From the IMG/VR virus record IMGVR_UViG_3300044821_000131, positions 124,001 through 188,000 of that record: a stretch of 64,000 nt of DNA, one strand, 5' to 3'. Both the position numbers and the translations under genes were made by a program. Of this stretch, positions 41,301-51,247 are shown piece by piece. Within the stretch, counting starts at the first letter, position 1. Each line of letters begins with the position of its first letter. Below the pieces are notes generated by a model, which saw only the letters and a program-made list of their open reading frames with translations, made no database searches and had not been told where the DNA came from.

Positions 41301-41835
41301 TGGGCCGACAGGAGCTACAGGAGCAGCCTCGACTGTAGCAGGCCCTACCGGGCCGACAGGCCCAACCGGGGCGAGTGGGGCTGCTTCCACCGTGGCTGGA
41401 CCAACTGGACCTACAGGTCCGACAGGCGCGTCAGGAGCAGCGAGTACTGTAGCGGGTCCGACAGGTCCGACAGGCCCAACGGGCGCTTCTGGTGCTGCAA
41501 GTACGGTTGCCGGACCAACCGGCCCTACGGGACCAACAGGTGCTTCTGGTGCTGCTTCAACAGTTGCTGGCCCTACCGGTCCGACAGGCCCAACGGGCGC
41601 TTCTGGTGCTGCAAGTACCGTGGCTGGCCCTACCGGGCCGACAGGTGCGTCAGGAGCAGCGAGTACTGTGGCGGGTCCGACAGGCCCAACTGGGCCGACA
41701 GGTGCGTCAGGAGCAGCAAGTACTGTTGCTGGACCAACTGGTCCTACCGGACCTACCGGTGCAACAGGGCCGACCGGCCCCGGCGGCGGCGCATCTTCAA
41801 ACTCAATGGCATATCCTTGGTTTTTAGACTTATGA
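38386..41835 (+). CDS. collagen-like tail fibre/whisker protein with three 79-aa repeated domains
   Basis: extensive (GPT)n and [19 protein letters not shown] repeats with globular inserts. Confidence 0.85.
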   Translation: MPHIYPSSEWFADQLQLQTTASGVKRVLDVQDGEPGPTGPTGPTGPAGGPTGPTGADSTVPGPTGPTGPTGSTGPTGPTGPTGPTGAASTVAGPTGPTGAHGTIKFYVTLDPAYTSTGHAGTSIDQFSYEDFIASANATENNTYLLAGERTLTDADAQFVINPFSHIITAQYPSTPWRLNLTISTYNPITDSPLEQGIIFAPTVLVGVFALTEMYLSAFICILCDNIDKSVIISPNINFQPGSLSSFFQLAVTNSIISSSTGSPPNASYGGITASNSIFTAAFAAMSGLIDGGQNTFSWNDSSVTYPLWNDGILAHYNLYRRYGVGYVGSWACIIDSGGVGPTGPTGPTGPTGASGAASTVAGPTGPTGPTGASGAASTVAGPTGPTGPTGASGAASTVAGPTGPTGPTGASGAASTVAGPTGPTGPTGASGATGPGYKATSTSSLAVATGSKTFVSQTGLAYSAGDRMRATSSGTPASYMEGLISSYITGSFVTTVDTIGATGTFADWNINLSGNVGLTGPTGPTGPTGVSGAASTVAGPTGPTGPTGATGAASTVAGPTGPTGPTGASGAASTVAGPTGPTGPTGASGAASTVAGPTGPTGPTGASGVASTVAGPTGPTGPTGASGAASTVAGPTGPTGPTGASGAASTVAGPTGPTGPTGAGYKATSTSSLAVATGSKTFASQTNLAYSAGDRMRATSSGTPTSYMEGVISSYGSGNFVTTVDTIGATGTFADWNINLAGNVGFTGPTGPTGPTGASGAASTVAGPTGPTGPTGASGAASTVAGPTGPTGPTGASGAASTVAGPTGPTGPTGASGAASTVAGPTGPTGPTGASGAASTVAGPTGPTGPTGASGATGPGYKATSTSSLAVATGSKTFASQTNLAYSAGDRMRATSSGTPASYMEGVISSYITGSFVTTVDTIGATGTFADWNINLAGNVGLTGPTGPTGPTGPTGVSGAASTVAGPTGPTGPTGATGAASTVAGPTGPTGPTGASGAASTVAGPTGPTGPTGASGAASTVAGPTGPTGPTGASGAASTVAGPTGPTGPTGASGAASTVAGPTGPTGPTGASGAASTVAGPTGPTGASGAASTVAGPTGPTGPTGASGAASTVAGPTGPTGPTGATGPTGPGGGASSNSMAYPWFLDL
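39406..41785 (+). repeat. 57-bp (19-aa) interrupted collagen tandem repeat array
   Basis: unit [19 protein letters not shown] repeated many times. Confidence 0.9.
39694..41202 (+). repeat. three 237-bp dispersed repeats (39694-39930, 40378-40614, 40966-41202)
   Basis: each encodes [19 protein letters not shown]...DWNINL.G. Confidence 0.9.
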
Positions 41836-44800
41836 CAATCATACTCGACACAACCTCAAAATACATAGACGTGGTAATGACCGCACCGCCGGCCACGACC
41901 AACCCGTCGTTCTTCTCCAGCTACGCCGACAACAACGGCACGACTTTTACGGAAGGAGGCAACGATGGTGTGCTCAATGGAACTACGCTGGTAACACTGG
42001 TTGCCGCACCGGCATCGAGCACGCGCCGGACGGTAAAGAAGCTTGGAATTTATAATGCTGATACCGCGCCCGTCACAATTACAGTTGCAATAAATGACTC
42101 AGCCACTCGTCGTATTTTTGCCAAGGTTACGCTGCAACAAAATGAAACGTGGTTGGGTGATGTGCAGATGGACGCGAATGGAAACGTGAAGGGGATTGGA
42201 CCTACTGGCCCTACTGGACCAACTGGTCCAACTGGACCAACTGGTCCTACAGGAGGCACGGGTGCAGTTTCAACGGTCGCGGGTCCGACTGGTCCTACTG
42301 GTCCGACAGGTCCCACTGGTGCTGCTAGTACCGTGGCGGGACCTACTGGTCCAACTGGACCTACAGGTCCCACTGGTGCTGCTTCTACTGTTGCGGGTCC
42401 GACTGGTCCTACTGGTCCGACAGGCCCAACTGGAGCAGCAAGTACCGTAGCAGGTCCGACTGGTCCAACCGGACCTACTGGTGCAGCTAGTACCGTAGCC
42501 GGCCCAACTGGTCCGACGGGAGCCACTGGACCTACCGGGCCGACTGGATCAGCCGCAGTCGTAACTGTACAGGTCATTGCCACAGCGGGAAGTACGACCA
42601 CGCTAACATCTGGAAGTCCTTATCAAACAGATTTTACGGGGACGCTTAATCAGACTTGTGTTTTACCGAATGCTACGACTTTATCAGTGGGGCAGCGTTA
42701 CCAAGTAAACAACAATTCTACTGGACTGATTACAGTACAGGTAAATGGTGGAACATTCTTGGCAACCATAGCTACTGGAATGTCATGGCTAGTTACATTG
42801 TTGACCAATGGTACTACTGCTGGTACGTGGGATTTTGATTGGATAGGTAACGTCCAAGGACGCGGGACTCAAAGTATAGCCACTTCCGGTGGGAGCACAC
42901 AATTGACAGCGACGAGTCATAGACAGCTTATCTTAACGGGTACGGCTACGCATACCATAATACTTCCCGATTGTACTACGCTACCTTTCACGGATTGGTC
43001 TTTTGAAATAGACAATCAATCTCCGCTAACCATTGCTGTGCAGTATTTTGGAGGGGCGGCACTAACGCTTATTACGGGCTACGGGCAGTTAATTTTAAGC
43101 TGTAACTCTATCGCCACACAAGCAGGCACTTGGCAATATCAGACGGACCAGCAGATTTCGGCGGATATTCCGCCAACGCCACAGGTTCTCAACGGACTGG
43201 ATGTTTGGGGGCATAGTTGGCTGGAGAATCCTTTAACGTCACCAACATTTTCAAGCTTGGGCACGAATAGTAACGAATTGTTTGGGCGCATATTTGCAAC
43301 ATCGTGTGGTATCCCAGCATCAAGATATATTCAGCACGCCCGTACAGGAGCCATGCTGGTGGGTGGAACTCGGGCCGCGACAACTGGCGGCGGTAATTTT
43401 GCAAAGATGTTGAACGAACTTGTACGTTCAAGGCAAACTCCGCCGTACGTTCGATCAGGAAATGCGCATCTTATTTGTTGGGGCATTAACGACATTGGGA
43501 ATAACACGGCGGCGAATCAGGCCAATCTCAGAGTTAGCGCGCAGAACATCTTAACGGTGCTAATTTCCAAGGCACGTTCGGCAGCGATCTATAACGCCAA
43601 CCCGACGGGAGCAAACCTTGCATTCGGTGCCAACTGGGTGGCCGCAACTGGTGCCAACGATTTTACGTCGGGCTTCGCCCGTCAATGCACGGTGGTAGAT
43701 TCCGCCGGATCGTCTACTATCACGTTTACAATCCCCATCGGCTATCAAGGCGAACCGATTTGTTTCTGCTTGGGCACGCTTTCAGGCGGATCAATCGTGG
43801 TTACTTGGGGCGGTGGTGCTGGTATTACTGGCACCACAACCTTGAGCGGTATTGGTTTGGCAGCAAACGGCGTCATTCTCAAGAGGATCACAACTCTGAC
43901 CAAGGCGAACGCCGGTCAAACCATAACCTGCGCGGTGACGACCATATCCGCTTCGACGGCCTATTTTGACGGGGTATGGATTGAGGCGTTCAAGGCTGTG
44001 CCTATCTTAGTGTGTAACTGTCCTCGCCTGCCGGAGCATTTAATTACTTGGGCGAGCGGAGCAGGCGTCACTACGGGTGTCAACACCAGTTTTACCGACG
44101 CTAACGTGCAATTCTCAAACACGGGCGGTTGGTATGACGTAGGAGCCACCCTAAACGAAACCGATGCGCAAGGCGCGTTTACTGGAGCGACAAATACCAT
44201 CTCATCCGTCACCAATGCAACCACGGTTGTACTGGGTACGAATGCGGCGGCGGCAAAAACAAATATCCAATACACAATCCAACGTCGAATTCGAGGTTAC
44301 TCCTCAAGTCTATATTGGACAACGAATACCAATTTCACCAGCGCGACGAATCTTAGCCATGCGGCGGCGGATACGGACATCACGAATTGGAACTCGATGA
44401 TAGCAACTGTCGTGGCTCAGTTCGACTCAATGGTTCAAGTTGTTGATCTGGATGCGGCTATTGGAGCAGACGCCACCGTGCCTTCAAACGTTTACACATG
44501 GTTCTCCATGGATGGAGGTCATCTCAACGCACTTGGGCACATGCGCTGCGCTCAAGCGGTTATGCTGGCTGCGATTAACTTGATTGCGCCAACAACCGAT
44601 CCGCAACCATTCGCGAACCTTCAAGAGCAGTCTGTTCCGGTTTATGAGCCGGCAGAGTACCGGCGCGTGATTCGTACGGGCCAGATTTACCTGCCTGATG
44701 GAGCAATCCTTGGTCCGGTGGCAAATTTATACACAGCCGTTCTGGGAGATTGTTTTGCATTTCCGTTTTTTGTGACGGAAGCCGCAGAGTTTTGGACAAC

Positions 44801-45263
44801 CGTGTTCATGGATCAGTCAAACGCTGGAACCTCGCAAATGCGTGTAGCGGTATATGATGATGTGGGCGGTGGAAATGGGCCGCTGGGTTACCCTAGTTGC
44901 GTTCTCATCGACACAGGAGTCGTGGCCATGAACGGTTCGGCGTCGGTAACAAATATAGCCCCGGCTGGAATAGCTCGAACGATCTATCCGGGACTGAACT
45001 GGCTGGTAATCAAATGCGACGTGTTGGGTACAGCATCCACGTTTTACACCATGTTCGGCACTTCTCTACAATTACCGGGATGGAACGGAGCACACTTGGG
45101 CACATCCACAAACTTTCTTCAGCCCATAGCCTACAAGGTAACGGGCGTGGCCGCGGGTGCATTTCCGGGCGTGTTCCCGACTGGCGGATTACTTGTTGGT
45201 TGTAACGTGGGCGCAACTGGCCAGTTTGCTCCCGTTGTAGGCGTAACCCGGACTATTCAATAA
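41832..45263 (+). CDS. collagen-like fibre protein with an SGNH/GDSL esterase domain
   Basis: ATG at 41832 (ATGA overlap); GPT block at about 42190-42550; WGHSW (block I), WGIND (block III), [10 protein letters not shown] (block V). Confidence 0.75.
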   Translation: MTIILDTTSKYIDVVMTAPPATTNPSFFSSYADNNGTTFTEGGNDGVLNGTTLVTLVAAPASSTRRTVKKLGIYNADTAPVTITVAINDSATRRIFAKVTLQQNETWLGDVQMDANGNVKGIGPTGPTGPTGPTGPTGPTGGTGAVSTVAGPTGPTGPTGPTGAASTVAGPTGPTGPTGPTGAASTVAGPTGPTGPTGPTGAASTVAGPTGPTGPTGAASTVAGPTGPTGATGPTGPTGSAAVVTVQVIATAGSTTTLTSGSPYQTDFTGTLNQTCVLPNATTLSVGQRYQVNNNSTGLITVQVNGGTFLATIATGMSWLVTLLTNGTTAGTWDFDWIGNVQGRGTQSIATSGGSTQLTATSHRQLILTGTATHTIILPDCTTLPFTDWSFEIDNQSPLTIAVQYFGGAALTLITGYGQLILSCNSIATQAGTWQYQTDQQISADIPPTPQVLNGLDVWGHSWLENPLTSPTFSSLGTNSNELFGRIFATSCGIPASRYIQHARTGAMLVGGTRAATTGGGNFAKMLNELVRSRQTPPYVRSGNAHLICWGINDIGNNTAANQANLRVSAQNILTVLISKARSAAIYNANPTGANLAFGANWVAATGANDFTSGFARQCTVVDSAGSSTITFTIPIGYQGEPICFCLGTLSGGSIVVTWGGGAGITGTTTLSGIGLAANGVILKRITTLTKANAGQTITCAVTTISASTAYFDGVWIEAFKAVPILVCNCPRLPEHLITWASGAGVTTGVNTSFTDANVQFSNTGGWYDVGATLNETDAQGAFTGATNTISSVTNATTVVLGTNAAAAKTNIQYTIQRRIRGYSSSLYWTTNTNFTSATNLSHAAADTDITNWNSMIATVVAQFDSMVQVVDLDAAIGADATVPSNVYTWFSMDGGHLNALGHMRCAQAVMLAAINLIAPTTDPQPFANLQEQSVPVYEPAEYRRVIRTGQIYLPDGAILGPVANLYTAVLGDCFAFPFFVTEAAEFWTTVFMDQSNAGTSQMRVAVYDDVGGGNGPLGYPSCVLIDTGVVAMNGSASVTNIAPAGIARTIYPGLNWLVIKCDVLGTASTFYTMFGTSLQLPGWNGAHLGTSTNFLQPIAYKVTGVAAGAFPGVFPTGGLLVGCNVGATGQFAPVVGVTRTIQ

Positions 45264-45267
45264 TAAC

Positions 45268-45296
45268 TTGACAGTTCTTACACCATACAATAGAAC
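45268..45296 (+). promoter_or_regulatory. sigma70-like promoter (leaderless geometry)
   Basis: TTGACA(45268)-N17-TAGAAC-N6-ATG(45303). Confidence 0.45.
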
Positions 45297-45302
45297 CAAA
45301 CC

Positions 45303-46010
45303 ATGTCTACGACCAACGATCTTATTCGCACAAAAATGGGTTTTTATGTCCTGCAAAACGATACACATTTATCGCGCTGGATCGAAAATTCAAATCAGTT
45401 GGTGATCCCTTACAACGTGGCGGAGATCGCCAGTTACGCGCACGTTATTCCTGAAGGTGGTGTGGTAATAAACGCTGGTGCCTGTCTGGGAGATCACACC
45501 GCGGCCTATGCCCATATCGTGGGCAGCCAAGGGCATGTATACGCTTTTGAGCCTCGTCCTGATACCTTTGCAGCCCTCGAAAAGAACATGAGCGTGTTCA
45601 AAAACGTACACGTGCTCAATTGTGCACTGTCCGATACCAACGGTACTGTAAATCTAGTGTTGGACCCTAACGTAGGCGCGTCTTACACTACGTCTGCGGA
45701 GGGTGACGTGAAAATAGAGCCAGCAAAGCTGGACGACTTGTTCCTGACTACATTTACACGTTGCGATTTTATCCACTTGGATGCCGAAGGCTATGAACCG
45801 AGGATACTCTTAGGAGCACAAGAGTTGATCCGGAAATTCCGACCGGCATTGGTCCTTGAACTGTGCGACCACCATCTCAAACGCGCGGGATCGTCCGAAA
45901 CAGAGCTTCTAAGCTTACTGAAAAAATGGGGATACATTGTATTCCCGATTCCCGGTCAGGTGTGTCCTGAGCAACGCGACGTTTTGGCGCTTCCGAGGAT
46001 GGCCCAATGA
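45303..46010 (+). CDS. FkbM-family SAM-dependent methyltransferase
   Basis: INAGACLGDHT, VYAFEP, NCALSD, DFIHLDAEGYEPRILLGA..RPALVLE. Confidence 0.9.
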   Translation: MSTTNDLIRTKMGFYVLQNDTHLSRWIENSNQLVIPYNVAEIASYAHVIPEGGVVINAGACLGDHTAAYAHIVGSQGHVYAFEPRPDTFAALEKNMSVFKNVHVLNCALSDTNGTVNLVLDPNVGASYTTSAEGDVKIEPAKLDDLFLTTFTRCDFIHLDAEGYEPRILLGAQELIRKFRPALVLELCDHHLKRAGSSETELLSLLKKWGYIVFPIPGQVCPEQRDVLALPRMAQ

Positions 46011-47107
46011 GACTGCACCTGCTGGCGCTTCCGAATGTTCAGACGACAAAAGCTTATTCGTTGGATGGGTTCTGTGTCGCCACCATACGCTTTGCCAAGA
46101 TGATGAAAGATATTGGTCACACGGTTATCCTCTACGCTTCGGAAGAAAATGAGGCACCGTGTGATGAACTGGTTACTGTGATCACCAAGGCTGAACAGAA
46201 GGCGCTGAGTCGTGGAGAGTATCAATACGAGGCCATGAATGAGAACTACCCGCTGTGGTCCGTGGCAAACCCACGTATCATCGAAGCAATCAGGGAGCGT
46301 AAACAGCCGCGAGATTTGCTTCTCACAATCGGCGGTGCCTCCCAAAAGGTCATAGCCGATGCCCATCCCGACTTGCCCTGTGTTGAATATTCGATCGGAT
46401 ACATTGCAAGTTTCGCGCCTTACCGCATCTACGAGAGCTGCGCCTGGCAACACTGGTCACACGGACAGCAGCAGAATCAGTTCGGAAGATTCTTCGACGA
46501 AGTCATACCCTATTTTTTCGACGAGCAAGAATTTATACCCCGGGTGAACAAGGAGAATTTCACACTGTATGTGGGTCGGCTGACTCAAAATAAAGGACTT
46601 ACCATCGCCTGTCGCGCGGCGAAACTAGCCGGAGTGCCACTGAAGGTTATAGGGCATGGAGATCCTGCCTTGGTGACGGATGGCGCCGAATATCTGGGAG
46701 TCTTGCCAGACGCGGAACGAAACGATTGGATGTCCCGAGCTTCGTCTGTATTGTGCCCTACTCTGTATTTAGAACCCTTCGGCGCGGTCGCAGTTGAGGC
46801 ACAGCTTTCTGGAACTCCGGTAATAAGCACCAACTTTGGTGGCTTCACGGAGACTGTCGAGCATGGCAAGACCGGATTTCGTTGCGCCTATTTGGGGCAG
46901 TTCGCACAGGCTTTAAAAGAGGTGTACAGCTTGGATCCAAACTACATACGACAACGCGCGGTGGAAAAATATTCCATGCACCGATTGAAGTACTCCTACG
47001 AACGTTACTTCGACAAGCTGTCGATGCTCTGGGATAAGGGCTGGGATACCACTTCAGTCAACGTGTCAGATTTCGCACCGTCGCCGATCGGTAGCGCGCA
47101 ACCGTAG
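46007..47107 (+). CDS. GT4-family (GT-B) glycosyltransferase
   Basis: YVGRLTQNKG; EPFGAVAVEAQLSGTPVIST (E-X7-E); ETVEHGKTGF. Confidence 0.9.
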   Translation: MRLHLLALPNVQTTKAYSLDGFCVATIRFAKMMKDIGHTVILYASEENEAPCDELVTVITKAEQKALSRGEYQYEAMNENYPLWSVANPRIIEAIRERKQPRDLLLTIGGASQKVIADAHPDLPCVEYSIGYIASFAPYRIYESCAWQHWSHGQQQNQFGRFFDEVIPYFFDEQEFIPRVNKENFTLYVGRLTQNKGLTIACRAAKLAGVPLKVIGHGDPALVTDGAEYLGVLPDAERNDWMSRASSVLCPTLYLEPFGAVAVEAQLSGTPVISTNFGGFTETVEHGKTGFRCAYLGQFAQALKEVYSLDPNYIRQRAVEKYSMHRLKYSYERYFDKLSMLWDKGWDTTSVNVSDFAPSPIGSAQP

Positions 47108-49545
47108 AACTTTCGTAGCAGTTCGAGCAGGGCCTCTGCATTCATTAGGATCTCCCGGAACTTGTACATTGAAGCAGAAGCGTGCTTTGTCACCAACTCC
47201 TTATGTACGTCTTGGCGCCGATGGCTGGACAGATTGGCGAAACTCAACACCATTGTACCAGAGGTTGTATCCAATTTGAAATGCTTGGGCAGGTCCTCTA
47301 AGGGTATACCGGTCAGCAGGTCACGAAAAACTGGCATGTCATCATCGAAGACCTCAAATTTCTGATATTGAGTAAAGCGCTCGATCAGCCTGCGGCCCTC
47401 AAGGATATAGTCCACCATAACCGAAGCCTGGTCATCCATCATAGGACTTACTCCGCCACTTCCTTCGCGTACCAGTCGCAGCGTGATCTGGGTGTAGATG
47501 TTGTAGGCCACGGTGTAGATTTGATCATACAGTGGCTTGTCGATCTCTACGCTAAACGGTAGTCCTAATTTACTGAGTGCCATGATGTAGCCGGACCGAC
47601 CTTGGCATCCTTCAGGGTCATGGTATAAGCCGAATACGGGATATGCGGCAAACTCGGATGGAACGAGACTTGTCTCTCGGCGTTTATTTGAGTTGAGATC
47701 GAATGGATGCACCTGGCCGAAAGGGAGAAATAACGCACCCAGCAGTTTAAGGCTGTTGTCATTGTTCGCCAACGAGAGCACAGGAAAGGTGCGCTTAAGG
47801 AAAAGTCGAGCGCACATCGAAGCCATCAGGGCCAGAAACGATTTTATCTGGGGCGTCACCAGATCGGTGGAATTGGATTGGGCGAACTTCTGAAATTTAT
47901 AATGATCCTGCAGGAGGCTGAAAAAAGGATGTCCAACACGCAGAGTTTCATCCAAGCCGGAGATCGAAACCTTCCATGTGGGCGTGTTAAAAATACTGCG
48001 ATTCGAAGTCCAGCCGAGATGTTTGAGGCCTAGTGTACTCGCGTAATTTTGACTCTGAAAGTGAGCACTCAAACTCTGCATGATGTAGGTCCTGGCCGAA
48101 GCATCATAGATGATGGGCTGGAATGCACTCTTGCCTTGGGTGTGTACCAACACCGCGGTTCGGAGCGTAGTTAGAAGATTGGCAGCCTTTTCGGCGGATT
48201 TACGATCAAGACAGAAGGGATATTCTGTGCCATCGACCATCATGGTGCCGTAGTGATAAAGATCGCCATTTTCTTGGAACCACACGCTGGAGAACAAGCG
48301 CAGTGTGAAGTTAGAACCGAGCACAGGCTGCGATGTTTTATTCTTTCGGTACACGTACCCGGCGTTGGTCTCTTCCAGTTCGACGTCGGATACGAAAAAC
48401 GTTTTTGGAGTAATCGTGTGTTTTTTGATTTTCTGTACTATATCGTCGCGCCCAAGATCATGCATCCATCCGATGATGCTATCAATAACGACACGGTCGA
48501 AACGAAGATCATCCAGCACCCGACCCACCTTCGGTGTGATATCGTTCTCGATTGCGACGGACGCTTGGAATTCAGAAACGGCAAATTCCAACCAAGTCTT
48601 ACGTTTGGGTTTCTCCGATCCTTGTAGGATATCATGTTCGACCGACACGTGATAATCGACGAAGCCTCCTCTAAAGCGAGCTATCAATGAAAGGTCGTAG
48701 TCATTGCCGGCGATGAACGTGCCGGTGCGTAATTGCATTTGATGCACTTTGCTGGAAACGTTGAAGTGCGGATGCACTACACCGAAATCGAGGTTGCCAT
48801 AATAGACACCTTGCGAGAATAACTTGGCCGACTGTAACGCGTTACCGGTCACTCGTACATCATCAGTGTCTGGGGCGATTGTGTGTAAGCCAAAGAAAGA
48901 ATGACGCGCATGGTTTATATCGACTACGACAGGGCCACCGTCGTTCAGCGGATATATCACCAACCGGGAGAATGTGTGGTAATTGCTGAAGTAGGGTAAG
49001 ACGATGTAAGTATCACAGGGCTGAAATTTTTCACTGGCGCTGTAGGGTGTCAGAAGTCCATTCAGATCAAGACCTTTGGCCACATAAAGAAAACGAGCTA
49101 CATGGGGAGCTCGAATATTTCGCCGCTCCAACCACATCAAAGCTTCCGGATAAAGTGGGGCACGATCGCGAAGGTTGAGATTCAGTTCGTAGAGCTTCAA
49201 GAACTGTGCTCGTTGAGATTCCAGCTGGCTAACGAAGACCACGCGAGAGGTGTCGGGTTGAACGTTTGCAGACGGCTCGACCATGTCCCCATAGCGGCTC
49301 ATAACGTGGTTTACGGCAAGATCATAGCCTCCCATATGAAAAGCCAGAAAATCGAACACATCCCCGGCTACAAACGAACACTTAGGATCTAGGCTGATGA
49401 ACTCATCGCCTACGAGCCAAATACGAGCATCGGCCAAGTGCGGGTGCTGGATATAGCTATAACCCGAGGCGTCCTTGATATTTAGGCCGAGATCGCGTAC
49501 GACCCGGTAAGGTTCGACGGCCTTAAAAATGTCTTGAATACGCAT
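47005..49545 (-). CDS. primase-like/DNA replication protein (divergent)
   Basis: N-terminal GDVFDFL..YDLAVNHV and ALMWLERRNI resemble the DnaG N-terminal region; SNFTLR and LGWT resemble DUF927-type segments; no clear Walker A. Confidence 0.4.
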   Translation of the reverse strand: MRIQDIFKAVEPYRVVRDLGLNIKDASGYSYIQHPHLADARIWLVGDEFISLDPKCSFVAGDVFDFLAFHMGGYDLAVNHVMSRYGDMVEPSANVQPDTSRVVFVSQLESQRAQFLKLYELNLNLRDRAPLYPEALMWLERRNIRAPHVARFLYVAKGLDLNGLLTPYSASEKFQPCDTYIVLPYFSNYHTFSRLVIYPLNDGGPVVVDINHARHSFFGLHTIAPDTDDVRVTGNALQSAKLFSQGVYYGNLDFGVVHPHFNVSSKVHQMQLRTGTFIAGNDYDLSLIARFRGGFVDYHVSVEHDILQGSEKPKRKTWLEFAVSEFQASVAIENDITPKVGRVLDDLRFDRVVIDSIIGWMHDLGRDDIVQKIKKHTITPKTFFVSDVELEETNAGYVYRKNKTSQPVLGSNFTLRLFSSVWFQENGDLYHYGTMMVDGTEYPFCLDRKSAEKAANLLTTLRTAVLVHTQGKSAFQPIIYDASARTYIMQSLSAHFQSQNYASTLGLKHLGWTSNRSIFNTPTWKVSISGLDETLRVGHPFFSLLQDHYKFQKFAQSNSTDLVTPQIKSFLALMASMCARLFLKRTFPVLSLANNDNSLKLLGALFLPFGQVHPFDLNSNKRRETSLVPSEFAAYPVFGLYHDPEGCQGRSGYIMALSKLGLPFSVEIDKPLYDQIYTVAYNIYTQITLRLVREGSGGVSPMMDDQASVMVDYILEGRRLIERFTQYQKFEVFDDDMPVFRDLLTGIPLEDLPKHFKLDTTSGTMVLSFANLSSHRRQDVHKELVTKHASASMYKFREILMNAEALLELLRKFYGCALPIGDGAKSDTLTEVVSQPLSQSIDSLSK

Positions 49546-49561
49546 TGGGGTTTAATATGAT
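49534..49561 (+). promoter_or_regulatory. sigma70-like promoter (leaderless geometry)
   Basis: TTGAAT-N16-TATGAT-N6-ATG(49568). Confidence 0.5.
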
Positions 49562-49567
49562 TGGTAC

Positions 49568-50629
49568 ATGGATTTTGTAAAAGACTGCTCTGGCCGACAT
49601 TTGCTTCGGATCAACAACTTGGTGACCGTACCGGAATACGTCAAACAAGCCTCGATCCCAGACGACGGCCTCGGTGATCTGCCCGAACACTTGTTCGCAG
49701 ATCCTGTCCGTCGTGAGTTTCCCATTGACAGCGCCGGTCATACGTATCTCAGTCAGGCTTACTGTATGTCTGCCGGAATCGATAGCAAGTCAATTCTAGG
49801 AAACATCAAATCGGCCATGTCCCGCTTTCCCGAGGTGCCGGCGGATATCGCAAAACTGGAGGCGGCCATGGATGCCAGCGTCAAATCCAGTTCTGTTGGT
49901 AATCAGCCACAGTTCGCCGTTTACGTCGATTTCGGTGCCGGCAATCCGGACTCTGAAATCGAGTACGTGAAGTCCGGCGGCGTGAAAGGTTTCTATCCCA
50001 TCAATGATGTAGACCAAGTGGTGGATTCTGCCATTCAGATCGGCAACGAGTCGCATCGCATCCCACTGGAACTCTTTGTTGAAGGTTGTCAGGCGATCTA
50101 CAAATCGGCCAAAGATATGGGTTGCACCGAGCAACTACCGAAGACCATTGTTCAATACGGCGTGGAACGCGTGCCGGATTACGAGTTCGTGAAACAACAG
50201 GCTGAGATCCGAGCGCGTGAGACGAATGACCCGATTTACATCGAACTGGCAGCTTCGGCTGAAGACGACACAGAACACGACTCCAATTTGTGGTCCGAAC
50301 TCTGGGGCAAGGCCGATGCGAGTCACGGCGTCAAGTATGCTCGGCACACGTTGAACCCCTATCAGATATTTCATTCCGGCATGCCCAAATCGGCCTTTGA
50401 AGCGGCTATCAATAAATGGACACTCTTGCATGGCGCCGCCATTCCGGTTCCTGCGCTGCAGGCTCTGAAAGAGGACAGCATCAGCCGTGTGATGTCGAAG
50501 GAAGCCGCGGACAAGGTGCAGGAGGTCCTGAACAAGTCAGCCTCAGTTACCGGGGCGGAATTGGCCAACGAGTTGTCAAAGCTCGATAAACCGATCCAGT
50601 TGGCACTGTTGAAACTGGTCGCCCAGTAA
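49568..50629 (+). CDS. putative head-associated protein with K-x-A motifs
   Basis: VKQAS, IKSA, YKSA, PKSA, NKSAS motifs. Confidence 0.45.
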   Translation: MDFVKDCSGRHLLRINNLVTVPEYVKQASIPDDGLGDLPEHLFADPVRREFPIDSAGHTYLSQAYCMSAGIDSKSILGNIKSAMSRFPEVPADIAKLEAAMDASVKSSSVGNQPQFAVYVDFGAGNPDSEIEYVKSGGVKGFYPINDVDQVVDSAIQIGNESHRIPLELFVEGCQAIYKSAKDMGCTEQLPKTIVQYGVERVPDYEFVKQQAEIRARETNDPIYIELAASAEDDTEHDSNLWSELWGKADASHGVKYARHTLNPYQIFHSGMPKSAFEAAINKWTLLHGAAIPVPALQALKEDSISRVMSKEAADKVQEVLNKSASVTGAELANELSKLDKPIQLALLKLVAQ

Positions 50630-50630
50630 A

Positions 50631-51236
50631 ATGGCTGTCAAACCACAGGCGTTGAATCCCAAAGGGGTTTTCCTGGCCCTCACCGATCCGAACACCTTCG
50701 CAACGGTAATCCATATAGTGCTGATTTCCCGTTACGGCGAAGAGATTTACAACGAGGACCCAATAGAACTCTTTCTTCGGCTGGAGGAGGACTTTGGATC
50801 GAAACCCTGTGAAGAGGTCGAGAACAAGATAAATGCCATACTGCTTGCCACCAGTACGGATCTGTTTTACGAGGACCCGCATGCGTTCACGACCATCTGC
50901 CAGACGCTCACAACCGGAGACCCGGGAATTGACATGCTGGACCCGCTTACCTTGCCCGAGGTGATGTGGGGCGTGTACGAAGTAGAGTTGAACCATGGCT
51001 CGGGCAAAATGTCCAAACATGTGGAAAAGGTTATTCAGCAGGTCGTCGAGGAAGAGTCAAACGAGGTGGATCACGAGGCCATGTTGAACGAGGATCCCTA
51101 CGACTACTTGATGCACTTTTTGGAGGACCAGCGGGAAGTTCTGCAACGTCAGATGGAAGCCGTAGGATTGACCGGTACCGACCTGCCGCCAGTACAGACC
51201 TTGGCCGACCCCAAGACCCATCCTGCCCTGCAATAG
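50631..51236 (+). CDS. hypothetical acidic protein
   Basis: 201-aa ORF 1 nt after the previous gene. Confidence 0.65.
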   Translation: MAVKPQALNPKGVFLALTDPNTFATVIHIVLISRYGEEIYNEDPIELFLRLEEDFGSKPCEEVENKINAILLATSTDLFYEDPHAFTTICQTLTTGDPGIDMLDPLTLPEVMWGVYEVELNHGSGKMSKHVEKVIQQVVEEESNEVDHEAMLNEDPYDYLMHFLEDQREVLQRQMEAVGLTGTDLPPVQTLADPKTHPALQ

Positions 51237-51247
51237 AGCGGTATTCT

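Noticed and set aside
39406-41785. Possible CRISPR array or diversity-generating retroelement repeats
   Set aside because: The repeats are in-frame coding with synonymous variation, have no unique spacers or adenine-specific mismatches, and no cas or reverse transcriptase gene is in the window
41181-41831. 217-aa N-terminal extension of the second fibre gene, or a -1 fusion of the two collagen genes
   Set aside because: It is an alternative-frame read of the repeat; ATG 41832 has a normal ATGA overlap, and G TTT TTA is a poor slippery site
38397-42601. Minus-strand ORFs encoding (GPV)n collagen-like peptides
   Set aside because: GGN-CCN codon pairs are self-complementary, so the antisense of GPT repeats automatically reads GPV; these are shadow ORFs
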